Positions 31,631-41,032 of a DNA stretch of 64,000 nucleotides are shown here, piece by piece. Source of the stretch: Corallococcus exiguus (GTDB taxonomy: Bacteria > Myxococcota > Myxococcia > Myxococcales > Myxococcaceae); NCBI RefSeq assembly GCF_017302975.1, contig NZ_JAFIMT010000003.1; one strand, 5' to 3'. The translations under genes were made by a program, and so were the position numbers. Within the stretch, counting starts at the first letter, position 1, and each line of letters starts with the position of its first letter. The notes under the pieces were generated by a model, which was given only the letters and a program-made list of their open reading frames with translations, searched no databases and was not told the origin of the DNA.

Positions 31631-34600
31631 GTGCGCATCCGTGACCAGGGCCCGAAGGCCTCCGCCAAGGCCATGCTCCGGAAGAACTCCGGGCGCACTC
31701 CCTCGTCCTCCGCGGCCCTTCCCCGTGCTCCGGGTGTCGTTCCCCGGGGCCCTTCCTCGTCCAATCCCGCGCGTGAGCTGGCGGCGCGGCTCGCGTCGCT
31801 GAAGGGTGCGGCCCCCGCCCTCCACGGGCCCGTACTTCGTGATGCCGCTCGTGACCTGGAGCGCCGATGGAGCGACCCAGCGTGGCGGATGCTGGGCGGT
31901 CCGCGCTCGCATCTTTTCGAGCCGTGCCCGGTCCACCCGCCGGAGGTCGCGCTGCTCTCCACGCCCGGCGCCGTCGAGGCGGAGCTGGGCATCCATGGGC
32001 TCGCGCCACAGCCGAACACCGGGCTCGCGCAGGCGGCTGGCGCGTCCCAGCCCGCGACCCTGGCGCAGCAGGAGGAGGATGCTCGACGGCGTGATGCGGC
32101 GCGCATGGACGTCCTGCCTCTGGGCTCCGCTGAGCAACTCGGAGACACCGCCGCGCGGCTCGCCGAGGCCCGTGCTTCAGACCTCGAACCCACCACGGGC
32201 ACCGCGGAGTCGGAAGCGGCGGGACTCGGGGGCAGCACTTCTCCCGCGCCCGAAGCCATTACAGCGACCACTGTCGATGCGCCGAGCGCGGGCGGCGAGC
32301 TGGCAGCAACTGAGCAAGCTCCCGCGCCCGCCTCCATTCCCACGGGGACCGCTCCCGGCGGCATGGACGACGCCGCGCGCATCGACACGCTGGTGTCCGC
32401 GCTTTCGAGCCAGAGCGATGTCCACATCGTCGTCCGTCAGGCTTCCCCTGGCGCAGGGCCCCAGGAGTCTCCTTCCCTCCAGACGGAGGCCTCGGTCGAC
32501 ACGGGTCCCAAGGTGCCCGTGCCTCCAGCCGCGATGGAGTGGCAGAAGGAGCTGGCCTCGGCTCATGCGCAGGGCGTCCAAGGCATCAAGCACGGTCTCG
32601 AAACCGCTCCGGATCCGACGGGTGCCGTCGCGGCGGTGGAGCCCCCTGCCAGCCTTCCCGCGCCGCCTCCTGCTCCGGCGGCACCTGTCACGGCGGGGCC
32701 CATCCCCGCAGCGCCAGCGGTGGGCGCGGACGCGGATCCGGTCGCCGCATGGAAGGGCCGCATCGCCAGCAGCACGGCGCAGGTCCCGGAGCCCCAGCTT
32801 CCTCCCGCGCCCCGCTACACGTTCAAGATCACCCAGGCCGCCGTGGACCCCAACGCGGTCCGCGCCGCGCGCCTCAAGCAACTGGAGGACGAAGGCAAGA
32901 AGGCCATCACCCCGGCGAAGCAGCCGAAGGACCTTCCAGCCATCCCGGACGATCCCACCGGCAAGGCCTCCTCGCTGGTGGATGCGAAGTGCGAGCGGAA
33001 GCTGGAGGTCAAGGAAGCCAAACTCCCCGACCTGCAGAAGAGCCCGCTGGGCCACGTGCCGGAGATTGGCGCGCAGCTCGTGCGCGACGACGGCGGGCAC
33101 ATGCTCATCAAGGGCCCGCTCGGCGACCTCGTCTACAAGCCCGGCGGCCCCAAGCCCACCGACCCGGAGAAGCTCAAGGACTGGACGCGCCTCCAGAAGA
33201 AGATCACCGCCGAGGCCGACAAGCAGAAGAAGGCGAAGGTCCAGCCCAAGGAACCCGCGAAGGGCATCACCGTCCTCGAACAGGCCGCCCCCGCGCCCAT
33301 CAACGTCCCCGACTTCGCTCGCGTGGACATTGGCGACGTGCTGGCCCGGCTGCTCGCCGCTCCGGACAAGTACGCGGACGCCTCCGTCCAGAAGGCCCGC
33401 GAGGCCTATGTCCCGGGCGGCCTGGATGCGTCCTGGGGCGTTGCTCTCATCACCGCGGAACGTCCCATCTTCGCCGCGGAGCTCCAGCGCGTCGCGGACG
33501 CCGCGCAGATCAAGAAGGCGGACCTGGACGCGAAGGTGGAGGCCCGCCGAAAGCAACTGGTGGACTCGCACGCCGCCACCACCGGCACGCTCAGCAAGGC
33601 CCACGAGGACGCGAAGAAGAGCCTGGAGGAGGGCGGCAAGTCGTTCGCTGATTCCCTGTCGCGCATGCGCGCCTCGCTCGACGCGCAGTCCGAGGCCAAG
33701 GCCGCCGCCATCAAGGGCGGCGTCGACCTGACCGAGGCCCGGCGCAAACGCGACGCGCTCATCGCCGCGGTCGACACCAAGGTGAGCAGCTGGGTCGTCC
33801 GGTACGACCAGAACGGCAAGCGCTTCAAGGAAGCCTTCGCGAAGGCCGCGAGCGACCAGATGCACGCCTACGAGCTCGCCGCGCTCCAGGACGAGTGTGA
33901 GCTCAAGAAGGACGCCGGCGATGATCCGGTGAAGCTCAAGGCCGCCACGGAGGCGTACCGGCCCACCAAGAAGTGGATGGACGACCGCCGCAAGGAGATT
34001 GGCGCCGTCGTCACGAAGGCGAAGCGCGACATCGACCAGAGCGTGGAGCGCTATCAGCAGGAGCTGCGCGACGCGGGCAAGGAGGCCCGGGAGGTCATCC
34101 GCGACTGGCACGCGAAGCAGATCGGCTACGAGCGCGGCTTCTGGGACCGGCTGCTCGGGTGGATCATCGACTGGCTGGCCGCCGCCCACGACGAGAGCCG
34201 CGCTTGGGAGACCGCTCGCGCGGCGGAGAACAAGACGTCGTTGGATCAGAACATGTTGTTCCTCGCGGAGGTGCGCCTGCGCCAGGGCGAGGAGCTGGAC
34301 GCGGAGACCATCAAGGGAAACAACGCCCTCAGCGAGGAGCAGAAGGCCATCCTGCTCTCCTACTACGGCAAGGGTGGCAAGGACGCGGTGCAGGCGCTCG
34401 CGGAGGGCCTGGCCGTGCGCATCTCCGGCCAGCGGCGCAAGCCGCTCATGGAGGCCCTGGAGAAGGAGCTGCTCGCGTCCACCGACCTGGAGCGGCTCAA
34501 GACCGTCGTCGACCAGCAGGAGCCCCTCTTCAGCAACCGCGCTCGCAACATCTCCCTCAAGGTCTGGGAGGGAGTGGACCAGTGGGGCACGGACGAGAAG

Positions 34601-37600
34601 AAGATCTTCGACGCGCTCGCCAACCTCAACCCGCTCCAGGGCCACTACATCGAGGTCCTCTACGAGAAGGAGCACGGCCAGAACCTGCGCGAGCGGCTCA
34701 AGAGCGAGCTGGACGACTTCTTCAGCACCACCACGCATGACTGGGACAAGGCGGAAGCGCTGCTCTCCGGCAACGCCTCCAAGGCCGCCGCCGTCGAGCT
34801 GAACGAAGCCATGGAGGGCGCCTGGTTCGGCCTCGGCTGGGGCACGGACGAGGCCGCCATCCTCACCCTGCTTCGCGGCAAGACGCCGGAGCAGATTGAA
34901 GCCATCAAGAAGGCCTACCAGCAGAAGTACGGCAAGGAGCTCGTCGCCCAGATGGACGACGAGCTGCGCAGCGGCGCGCTCAAGACGCACGACGTGGACG
35001 AGATGCACGCCCTGGTGGAGGGCCGCACCGAGGACGCGCGCGCCATCGAGATGGACCGCGCCATGCGCGGCGGGTGGTTCTTCGGCCTGGGCACCGACCG
35101 AAAGGCCATGGAGGGCGTCTACGACCGCATCCGCAAGGAGACGGAGGCCGACGCCCAGCAGTACGGCTGGGACACCAAGACATTCCGCGCGGAGCTGCTC
35201 AAGCGCAACCAGGCCATCGACGCGTCGTATGAGAAGCAATACGGCACGGATTGGACCGAGCGCACCGCGGGCGAGAGCGCGCTCAGCGCCGCGTTCCACG
35301 ACGAGATGAAGGGCGAGGACCTCAAGCTCATCGAGGGCCTGCGCGACGACAAGGGACTCCAGGTGGATGCCGCGCGCATCCGCATCGAGCACACCAGCGT
35401 CTTCTACGCGGACGACAAGATCATCCGCGACGCCATGTCCGCGCAGGGCAGGCGGCAGATCGCCGACGCGCGCCGAGATGGCTACCTGGACATCCAGGAG
35501 CGGATGGACATCGAGCGCACGCTGGACGAGGCGAAGGTCAAGCCCGCCAGCGAGGGCCCGCTCACGGAGGAGGACCGCCGCAAGGGCCGCATCAGTGAAT
35601 TGGAGTTCCTGGAGAAGTGGAGCCCTGAGAAGGTCCAGGCCCGCCTCGCGAAGGAACGCAAGGAGGTGGACGTCAAGGCGAAGGCCCAGGCCCAGGCCGA
35701 TGCCCCCGCGAACATGAAGGCGCTGGCGGCCGAGTACGACAGCGCCTACGTGGAGGGCACGCACCTTCAGGCGAGCTTCGAGCAGGCCGTCCTGATGGAC
35801 ACGTCCGGCGCGGACCGGGACGCCGTCGCGGCGATGCTGACGAAGGGCTACCTCACCGACGCGGAGATCGTTCAGTACGCCGTGCAGGGCGTGGGCACGG
35901 ACGAGGACGCGCTCAAGGAGGTCTTCGCCGGGAAGACGAAGGCGGAGATCCAAGCCATGGCCGAGGAGTGGGCCAAGGACCACCCCGCCGACCCTGGCGA
36001 CACGCGCACGCCCTTCGAGCGCTTCCGCGCGCGCATCGACGAGGAGCTGAGCGGACGCGAGGATTTCGACATCCTCGACATGGTGGACTACGGCGAGCCC
36101 GTCACGCCCCGGGAGAAGGCGGACCGGGCCTGGCGCCGGGTGCACTTCGAGGCGAGCTCCACCAACAGCCTGGCGTCGTCGGAGTACCAGCTGGTGCTGG
36201 ACCAGGCGTCCGCGCTCGACGCCGAGGTGAGCGCGCTGGAGCTGCACGAGCGGATGCGCCCCAAGCCCGGGGACAAGAACTACACCGTCGACGGGCTGCG
36301 CAAGTGGCAGGACGATTGGGAGAAGAAGTCCGAGCGCGTGCAGCGCCAGGGTGATTACGCCGACGAGTCGGTGCAGATGCACCGCGAGCAGGTGGACTTC
36401 ATCACCGACCGGCTGGTGATGGTCCTCACCGCGGTGGTGATGGCGGTGGTGATCATCATCGGCGTCATCGTCAGCATCTTCGCTCCGCCCGTGGGCGCGG
36501 GGTTCTGGGCCGCGTTCGGCGCGTTCATGGCCAGCACGCCGGTGCTGGTGGGCACGGCGGTGGCGACGGCCGCGGTGACGATGCTGACCAAGGCCGCCAT
36601 GAAGGGCAGCGCCTACGGTTGGGAGGAGGCGGCCGTCGACGCGGGCGTGGGCGCGGTGGACGCCCTCACCGCCGCGGCCACCGCCGGCATGGGCACGAAG
36701 CTGCTCAAGCTGGGGTTCCTGGCGCGCATGGCGGAGGAAGGCGGGGTGATGGCCCGCGTGGCGGCGCACGGCCTGGCCCAGGGCGCCGAAGGCCTGGTGC
36801 AGTCCGCGCCCTCCGCGTTCCTGGGCAACGTCCTCAACGACGAGAACTACAAGGGCGGCAACGCGCTCTTCAACGTGCTGGCCGGCACCGTGATGCAGGC
36901 GGCGCCGGGCGCGGTGATGGCCGGGGCCTTCGGCGCGCTGGGTGGCATCTCCAAGCCCCATGTCCCGCCGCGCACCCAGGACCTGCTCCACTTCCGGGGC
37001 ACGCCCAAGGAGCGGCTGACCCTCTTCAAGAAGTGGAAGGCGGAGAACCCCGCCGGGAACATGAAGGAGTTCCTGCGCGAGTTCGACGAGGGCCTGCTCA
37101 AGCAGATGTCCGGCGACTTCGACCGGCAGCAGCTCCAGCGCGCCATGCGCAAGGAGCTGCTTGAGCACATCCCGCCCGCGCAGCGCAAGGCGTTCGCAAA
37201 CACGCCCATCGAGCTGATCTCCGAGGTGGACTTCGAAGCCCTCACCGGCAGCAAGTCCGCGCAGGCCGTCGCGATGTTCCGGCGCGGCAAGCCCACCATC
37301 ATCGTCAAGGCGGGCGCGGACCTGTCCGACCTGGGCGAGGAGGGCCTGCACCTGCTCCAGCGCCACGACAAGGCCACGCGCGACCTGGTCAAGGCCCTGG
37401 ACGAACGGGCGCTGCGGCACTGGGACAAGCTGCCCATCGAGAAGCAGTTCGAGCTCTATCGCAAGAAGCTGCTCCTGGAGATCGACGCGCAGGAGTCGCT
37501 GCTCACGTCGCTGGAGGGCAAGCGCGGCGTGTCCATGGACCCGGAGGAGGCGACCCGCCGCATCCGGCAGGGAAAGAAGACGCTGGAGAACCTGCGCCAG

Positions 37601-39709
37601 CGGATGAAGGAGGTGGATGCGTTCACGCCCCTCGACATGGCGGAGTTCGGCCAGGGCGTGCGCTCGAAGCCGCAGTACCTGAATGAGCCTCCACGGCTGT
37701 TCAGCAAGAAGGAACCGCCCGGCACTCCGCCGACTTCGGAGGCGGAGGGGGCCAGGCAGCTGGAGATGGAATTCACTCCGGCGAAGCCACCAGCGCCGGA
37801 GGTTCCGACGCCAAAACAGCTGGAGATGGGGTTCGCCGCGGCGAAGCCACCGCAGGTGGTCGTTCCGGAGACGAAGCCGCCGGCGGTCAAGACGCGCGGA
37901 GGTGGGAAGAAGAAGGCCCCGGTGCTCACCGTGACGGACACGGAGCCAGTCATCCGGCAGTCCGGCCGGCCCAACAACGTATGGCCCAACACCGTGCTCC
38001 ACGGCGACCACCCGGAGGTGGGTCCGTTCTCCAAGGGGGGGCCTGAGCTGGATGATCCGTACATCAAGAGCGCACCGCGCCAGGTGTTCGACGACGCGCA
38101 GCGTGCGCGCACCACGCTGGATCTGGATCCGTCGGACACGGTGGCGCAGATCGGCCCCGCGTGGCAGGAGGTCAAGTACCGCCCCAAGGAGCTCCGCTAC
38201 TACAAGCTGGTGGAGGTGACGCGCGCCAGCGGTGAGAAGGAATACATCGAGCTCATCCTGTCCAAGCGCTCCGGCAACCGCTGGGAGCCGCGCGGCTACG
38301 GCGCCACCGAGGCGGGCGAGGTGGTGGAGAAGCAGAAGTCCCGGGCGTTCACGGAGGCGCTGCTCGGCGAACGGATGGGGCCGACGGAGCGATTCCGGCG
38401 GCTGGACTTCAAGCCCAGGGGCGAGGAGCAAGGCAGCGGCATCGACGAAATCATCGTCGAGTTCGACCACGCCGCGGATCCGACGAGCGCGAAGCTCCAC
38501 CTGGTCGAGGTGAAGGGCGGAAAGCACGCCCCCAGGCTCAAGGACTTCACGGCGGTGGGAGAGAACCTCCGCAAGAACCTGGACGACCTGCAAGCGCAGT
38601 TGTCGGACCTGGCCTGGACCCGGGCGAGAGGCCTGGGGCCGGCGCACCTGGAGGCGCTGACCAAGGCCATCGACGAGTGGCGGATCTCCATCGAGCTGCG
38701 CGTGGGGCCCATCACCCCCATGCCTCCGCCGGGCTGGGAGCTCGTCGACCGCGTCGAACGCATCGCGGACGCGTGGCGCAAGATGTCCCTGGTCCGGGAG
38801 GTCATGCCCCACGGTTCGGCCCCCCGCGCGGAACTCGATGCCCTGATGGTCGTCTTCCGGGACGAGCTGAAGAAGGGCCGCGTCGGGGCCACGCTGAAGG
38901 TGCTGAAGAAGGTGGAGGCGGCGCTCAAGGGCACGAAGCGCAAGCCAGGCCTGCTGGCCCAGTACAACATCGACCCCAAACAGCTGAAGGGGCTCATCCA
39001 CAGCCTGGACCCGAACGTGAAGCCGGGGGAGATCGCCCGGATCATCGAACCGTTCGAGACCGCGAAGCGCATTCGCACGATAGGTCCCACCGGCAACGTG
39101 CTGGGCTGGGGGGACTTCGACATCACCGTCTCGCGCAGCTGGAGCAGCCGCCGGTTCAAGCGCTTCGAGCTGGCGCAGATGCGGGACCTGCAAGCGGGGC
39201 TGGAGGACATCCCGGAGTTGGACCCTTCGACGTTCAGCACGCTGTCGCTCCGGGACCGGCAGCAGGCCCTCAAGAAGTCGGTGGGCGCGGCCATGGACGC
39301 GATGGGCATCCCCCGGTCGCGCCGTCCACAAGTCCAATTCCAGAACCTGCCGGCCGGGGACTACGGCTGGATGGAATGGGACTTCAACGTCACGCACCAG
39401 GGCCGGCTCGCGCCCGTGAGCCGGCGTGGCGTCATCGTCATCAACGAGAACCTGGACGTGGGCGACGCGGTGGGCACCGCCGTCCACGAGTCGCGTCACT
39501 ACTATCAGGCGTATCAGGCCTACCAGTACTCGATAGGCCGACAGTCGCATCCGTTCTCACGCCGGTGGTGGCGCAACCTGCCTGGCTCCGGCGGCCACTA
39601 CTACGGGCCGGGAGACCCCCGGTACTTCCGGCAGCCCATTGAAACGGACGCGGAGAGCTTCGGCCGCCGCGTCATCGATCTCTTGCCGCCCCGCTGGCCT
39701 CCTCCATGA
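31631..39709 (+). CDS. Giant multidomain protein (2,692 aa): acidic N-terminal region, four annexin-like repeats, hydrophobic multi-TM block, PD-(D/E)xK-like motif, C-terminal HExxH
   Basis: GTG start 32 nt after the ATPase stop; GC3 near 100% in this frame. Annexin-like repeats (GLGWGTDEAAILTLL..QIEAIKKAYQQKYGKEL; GGWFFGLGTDRKAMEGVY; GVGTDEDALKEVFAGKTKAEIQ). Hydrophobic block (VMVLTAVVMAVVIIIGVIVSIF.. through ..AGAFGALGG). GIDEIIVEFD..LHLVEVKGG (D..ExK). AVHESRHYY (HExxH). Confidence 0.75.
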   Translation: MRIRDQGPKASAKAMLRKNSGRTPSSSAALPRAPGVVPRGPSSSNPARELAARLASLKGAAPALHGPVLRDAARDLERRWSDPAWRMLGGPRSHLFEPCPVHPPEVALLSTPGAVEAELGIHGLAPQPNTGLAQAAGASQPATLAQQEEDARRRDAARMDVLPLGSAEQLGDTAARLAEARASDLEPTTGTAESEAAGLGGSTSPAPEAITATTVDAPSAGGELAATEQAPAPASIPTGTAPGGMDDAARIDTLVSALSSQSDVHIVVRQASPGAGPQESPSLQTEASVDTGPKVPVPPAAMEWQKELASAHAQGVQGIKHGLETAPDPTGAVAAVEPPASLPAPPPAPAAPVTAGPIPAAPAVGADADPVAAWKGRIASSTAQVPEPQLPPAPRYTFKITQAAVDPNAVRAARLKQLEDEGKKAITPAKQPKDLPAIPDDPTGKASSLVDAKCERKLEVKEAKLPDLQKSPLGHVPEIGAQLVRDDGGHMLIKGPLGDLVYKPGGPKPTDPEKLKDWTRLQKKITAEADKQKKAKVQPKEPAKGITVLEQAAPAPINVPDFARVDIGDVLARLLAAPDKYADASVQKAREAYVPGGLDASWGVALITAERPIFAAELQRVADAAQIKKADLDAKVEARRKQLVDSHAATTGTLSKAHEDAKKSLEEGGKSFADSLSRMRASLDAQSEAKAAAIKGGVDLTEARRKRDALIAAVDTKVSSWVVRYDQNGKRFKEAFAKAASDQMHAYELAALQDECELKKDAGDDPVKLKAATEAYRPTKKWMDDRRKEIGAVVTKAKRDIDQSVERYQQELRDAGKEAREVIRDWHAKQIGYERGFWDRLLGWIIDWLAAAHDESRAWETARAAENKTSLDQNMLFLAEVRLRQGEELDAETIKGNNALSEEQKAILLSYYGKGGKDAVQALAEGLAVRISGQRRKPLMEALEKELLASTDLERLKTVVDQQEPLFSNRARNISLKVWEGVDQWGTDEKKIFDALANLNPLQGHYIEVLYEKEHGQNLRERLKSELDDFFSTTTHDWDKAEALLSGNASKAAAVELNEAMEGAWFGLGWGTDEAAILTLLRGKTPEQIEAIKKAYQQKYGKELVAQMDDELRSGALKTHDVDEMHALVEGRTEDARAIEMDRAMRGGWFFGLGTDRKAMEGVYDRIRKETEADAQQYGWDTKTFRAELLKRNQAIDASYEKQYGTDWTERTAGESALSAAFHDEMKGEDLKLIEGLRDDKGLQVDAARIRIEHTSVFYADDKIIRDAMSAQGRRQIADARRDGYLDIQERMDIERTLDEAKVKPASEGPLTEEDRRKGRISELEFLEKWSPEKVQARLAKERKEVDVKAKAQAQADAPANMKALAAEYDSAYVEGTHLQASFEQAVLMDTSGADRDAVAAMLTKGYLTDAEIVQYAVQGVGTDEDALKEVFAGKTKAEIQAMAEEWAKDHPADPGDTRTPFERFRARIDEELSGREDFDILDMVDYGEPVTPREKADRAWRRVHFEASSTNSLASSEYQLVLDQASALDAEVSALELHERMRPKPGDKNYTVDGLRKWQDDWEKKSERVQRQGDYADESVQMHREQVDFITDRLVMVLTAVVMAVVIIIGVIVSIFAPPVGAGFWAAFGAFMASTPVLVGTAVATAAVTMLTKAAMKGSAYGWEEAAVDAGVGAVDALTAAATAGMGTKLLKLGFLARMAEEGGVMARVAAHGLAQGAEGLVQSAPSAFLGNVLNDENYKGGNALFNVLAGTVMQAAPGAVMAGAFGALGGISKPHVPPRTQDLLHFRGTPKERLTLFKKWKAENPAGNMKEFLREFDEGLLKQMSGDFDRQQLQRAMRKELLEHIPPAQRKAFANTPIELISEVDFEALTGSKSAQAVAMFRRGKPTIIVKAGADLSDLGEEGLHLLQRHDKATRDLVKALDERALRHWDKLPIEKQFELYRKKLLLEIDAQESLLTSLEGKRGVSMDPEEATRRIRQGKKTLENLRQRMKEVDAFTPLDMAEFGQGVRSKPQYLNEPPRLFSKKEPPGTPPTSEAEGARQLEMEFTPAKPPAPEVPTPKQLEMGFAAAKPPQVVVPETKPPAVKTRGGGKKKAPVLTVTDTEPVIRQSGRPNNVWPNTVLHGDHPEVGPFSKGGPELDDPYIKSAPRQVFDDAQRARTTLDLDPSDTVAQIGPAWQEVKYRPKELRYYKLVEVTRASGEKEYIELILSKRSGNRWEPRGYGATEAGEVVEKQKSRAFTEALLGERMGPTERFRRLDFKPRGEEQGSGIDEIIVEFDHAADPTSAKLHLVEVKGGKHAPRLKDFTAVGENLRKNLDDLQAQLSDLAWTRARGLGPAHLEALTKAIDEWRISIELRVGPITPMPPPGWELVDRVERIADAWRKMSLVREVMPHGSAPRAELDALMVVFRDELKKGRVGATLKVLKKVEAALKGTKRKPGLLAQYNIDPKQLKGLIHSLDPNVKPGEIARIIEPFETAKRIRTIGPTGNVLGWGDFDITVSRSWSSRRFKRFELAQMRDLQAGLEDIPELDPSTFSTLSLRDRQQALKKSVGAAMDAMGIPRSRRPQVQFQNLPAGDYGWMEWDFNVTHQGRLAPVSRRGVIVINENLDVGDAVGTAVHESRHYYQAYQAYQYSIGRQSHPFSRRWWRNLPGSGGHYYGPGDPRYFRQPIETDAESFGRRVIDLLPPRWPPP

Positions 39710-39721
39710 TGAGGTTCCGAC

Positions 39722-40246
39722 ATGCGCGTCGCTCCCTCCACTTCCGTCACCTGCTTCGTGTGCGGCTCCACGTTCACCGTCCACAACCGGGTGGACCTGG
39801 CCGAAGGCCGGCGGACCGTCCTCCAGGAACCGTCGGCCTGTCCCTTCTGTGATGCGCCCCTGCGGAGCATCCCCAGGCTGGACGTGGGCGTGGCCAAGAG
39901 CCTGTTGCTCACCGAGGCCGGCGCACCAGAGGAGAAGAAGACCTACGGAACGGTGGAGCGGTTCCTGGAGCGCTTCACCCGCACGGAGGCGGAGGTGGAC
40001 ACGTTGCTGACGTTGGCGCGCGAACTGGACCTGGAGGCCTGGGAGTCGGGCAACCTGGCGCGGCTCCAGCGGAGCAAGGATGCGGGGCTGAAGACGGAGA
40101 CGAAGTTCGTCTCGAAGCTCCGCGAGGAGGCGGAGGACGGTGGCCTCTTCGAGCGATTGCAGCGCGCCGCGACGGCCGTCAAAGATGCGCACCGCGCCCT
40201 GTGGAAGCACCACATGGCCCTCTTCCAGCAACGGCAGCAGCCGTGA
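39722..40246 (+). CDS. Hypothetical protein with N-terminal zinc-ribbon (CxxC..CxxC)
   Basis: CFVCGSTF..CPFCDAPL; 13 nt after the giant gene stop; helical C-terminal half. Confidence 0.55.
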   Translation: MRVAPSTSVTCFVCGSTFTVHNRVDLAEGRRTVLQEPSACPFCDAPLRSIPRLDVGVAKSLLLTEAGAPEEKKTYGTVERFLERFTRTEAEVDTLLTLARELDLEAWESGNLARLQRSKDAGLKTETKFVSKLREEAEDGGLFERLQRAATAVKDAHRALWKHHMALFQQRQQP

Positions 40247-40261
40247 ACGAGGCGGAGTGAC

Positions 40262-41032
40262 ATGGCTGGAATCCCCGTGAACGTTCCAGGCACCTGGGCC
40301 GGGCTCTTCTCCTCCGAGTGGGGAGAGGACACCCACGCGCGCGAGCTCATGAAGCGCTTCTCGCCCATCGCGCTGACGAAGGCGAACACGCCCGTTCAAT
40401 ACCTGCGGACGCTGGCGGATGTGCTCGCGTCACTCATCGTGTTGACGGGAGCCGAGGAGGCCCGCGCGGCGGCCGCGCCCCTGGTGCCGCAGTGTGCGGC
40501 CGGAATCGAGCAGGCCGGGGGGTTCTTCGACTCGGTGGATCCGCCGCGAGTCGCCCTGCAGGTGCTGTCCTTCGTGAACGCGGCGGAAACGTGCGGGGCC
40601 GCGCAGGGGCTGGTGCAGGCGTCGCCCGCGAAGGCGTGGCTGGAGGCACTGGCGAAGAAGGTGAAGAAGCTGGACGACGCGTTGCTCTTTCGCTGTGGGC
40701 TGGTGGCGCTCTGTCTGGGGGAACCGGACCTGGCGGCGAAACTGGTGGGAGGCGGGAAGCTTCCGGCGACGCTCACGCCCGGGGAGCAGTTCGGCTTCAA
40801 CGTCCAGGGCTTCGTGCGCTACCTGGCGACGGCGATGAAGGCTGGTGCTCCCTCGGAGGCCGTACGGCCCGCGTGGGAGTCCTTCGTGGAGGGCTTTCCG
40901 AAGATCAAGGCCGCGGAGCAGGTCTCGTGGAGTGACCTGCTTTGGGCGGCTCGGGCGTACTTCGTGGGCGTGGAGAGGCGGCCGGTGGCGCGGGTGGGTG
41001 AGTCGCTGCATGCACTCGTGAAACCGGCCTGA
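40262..41032 (+). CDS. Hypothetical protein
   Basis: 256 aa, coding-like GC3, 16 nt after the upstream stop; no recognisable motif. Confidence 0.5.
   Translation: MAGIPVNVPGTWAGLFSSEWGEDTHARELMKRFSPIALTKANTPVQYLRTLADVLASLIVLTGAEEARAAAAPLVPQCAAGIEQAGGFFDSVDPPRVALQVLSFVNAAETCGAAQGLVQASPAKAWLEALAKKVKKLDDALLFRCGLVALCLGEPDLAAKLVGGGKLPATLTPGEQFGFNVQGFVRYLATAMKAGAPSEAVRPAWESFVEGFPKIKAAEQVSWSDLLWAARAYFVGVERRPVARVGESLHALVKPA

Noticed and set aside
32177-39550. 2,457-aa ORF on the minus strand, antisense to the giant plus-strand gene
   Set aside because: Arg/Leu/Gly/Val-rich low-complexity translation typical of antisense frames in GC3-saturated DNA; the plus frame has near-100% GC3 and recognisable domain motifs.
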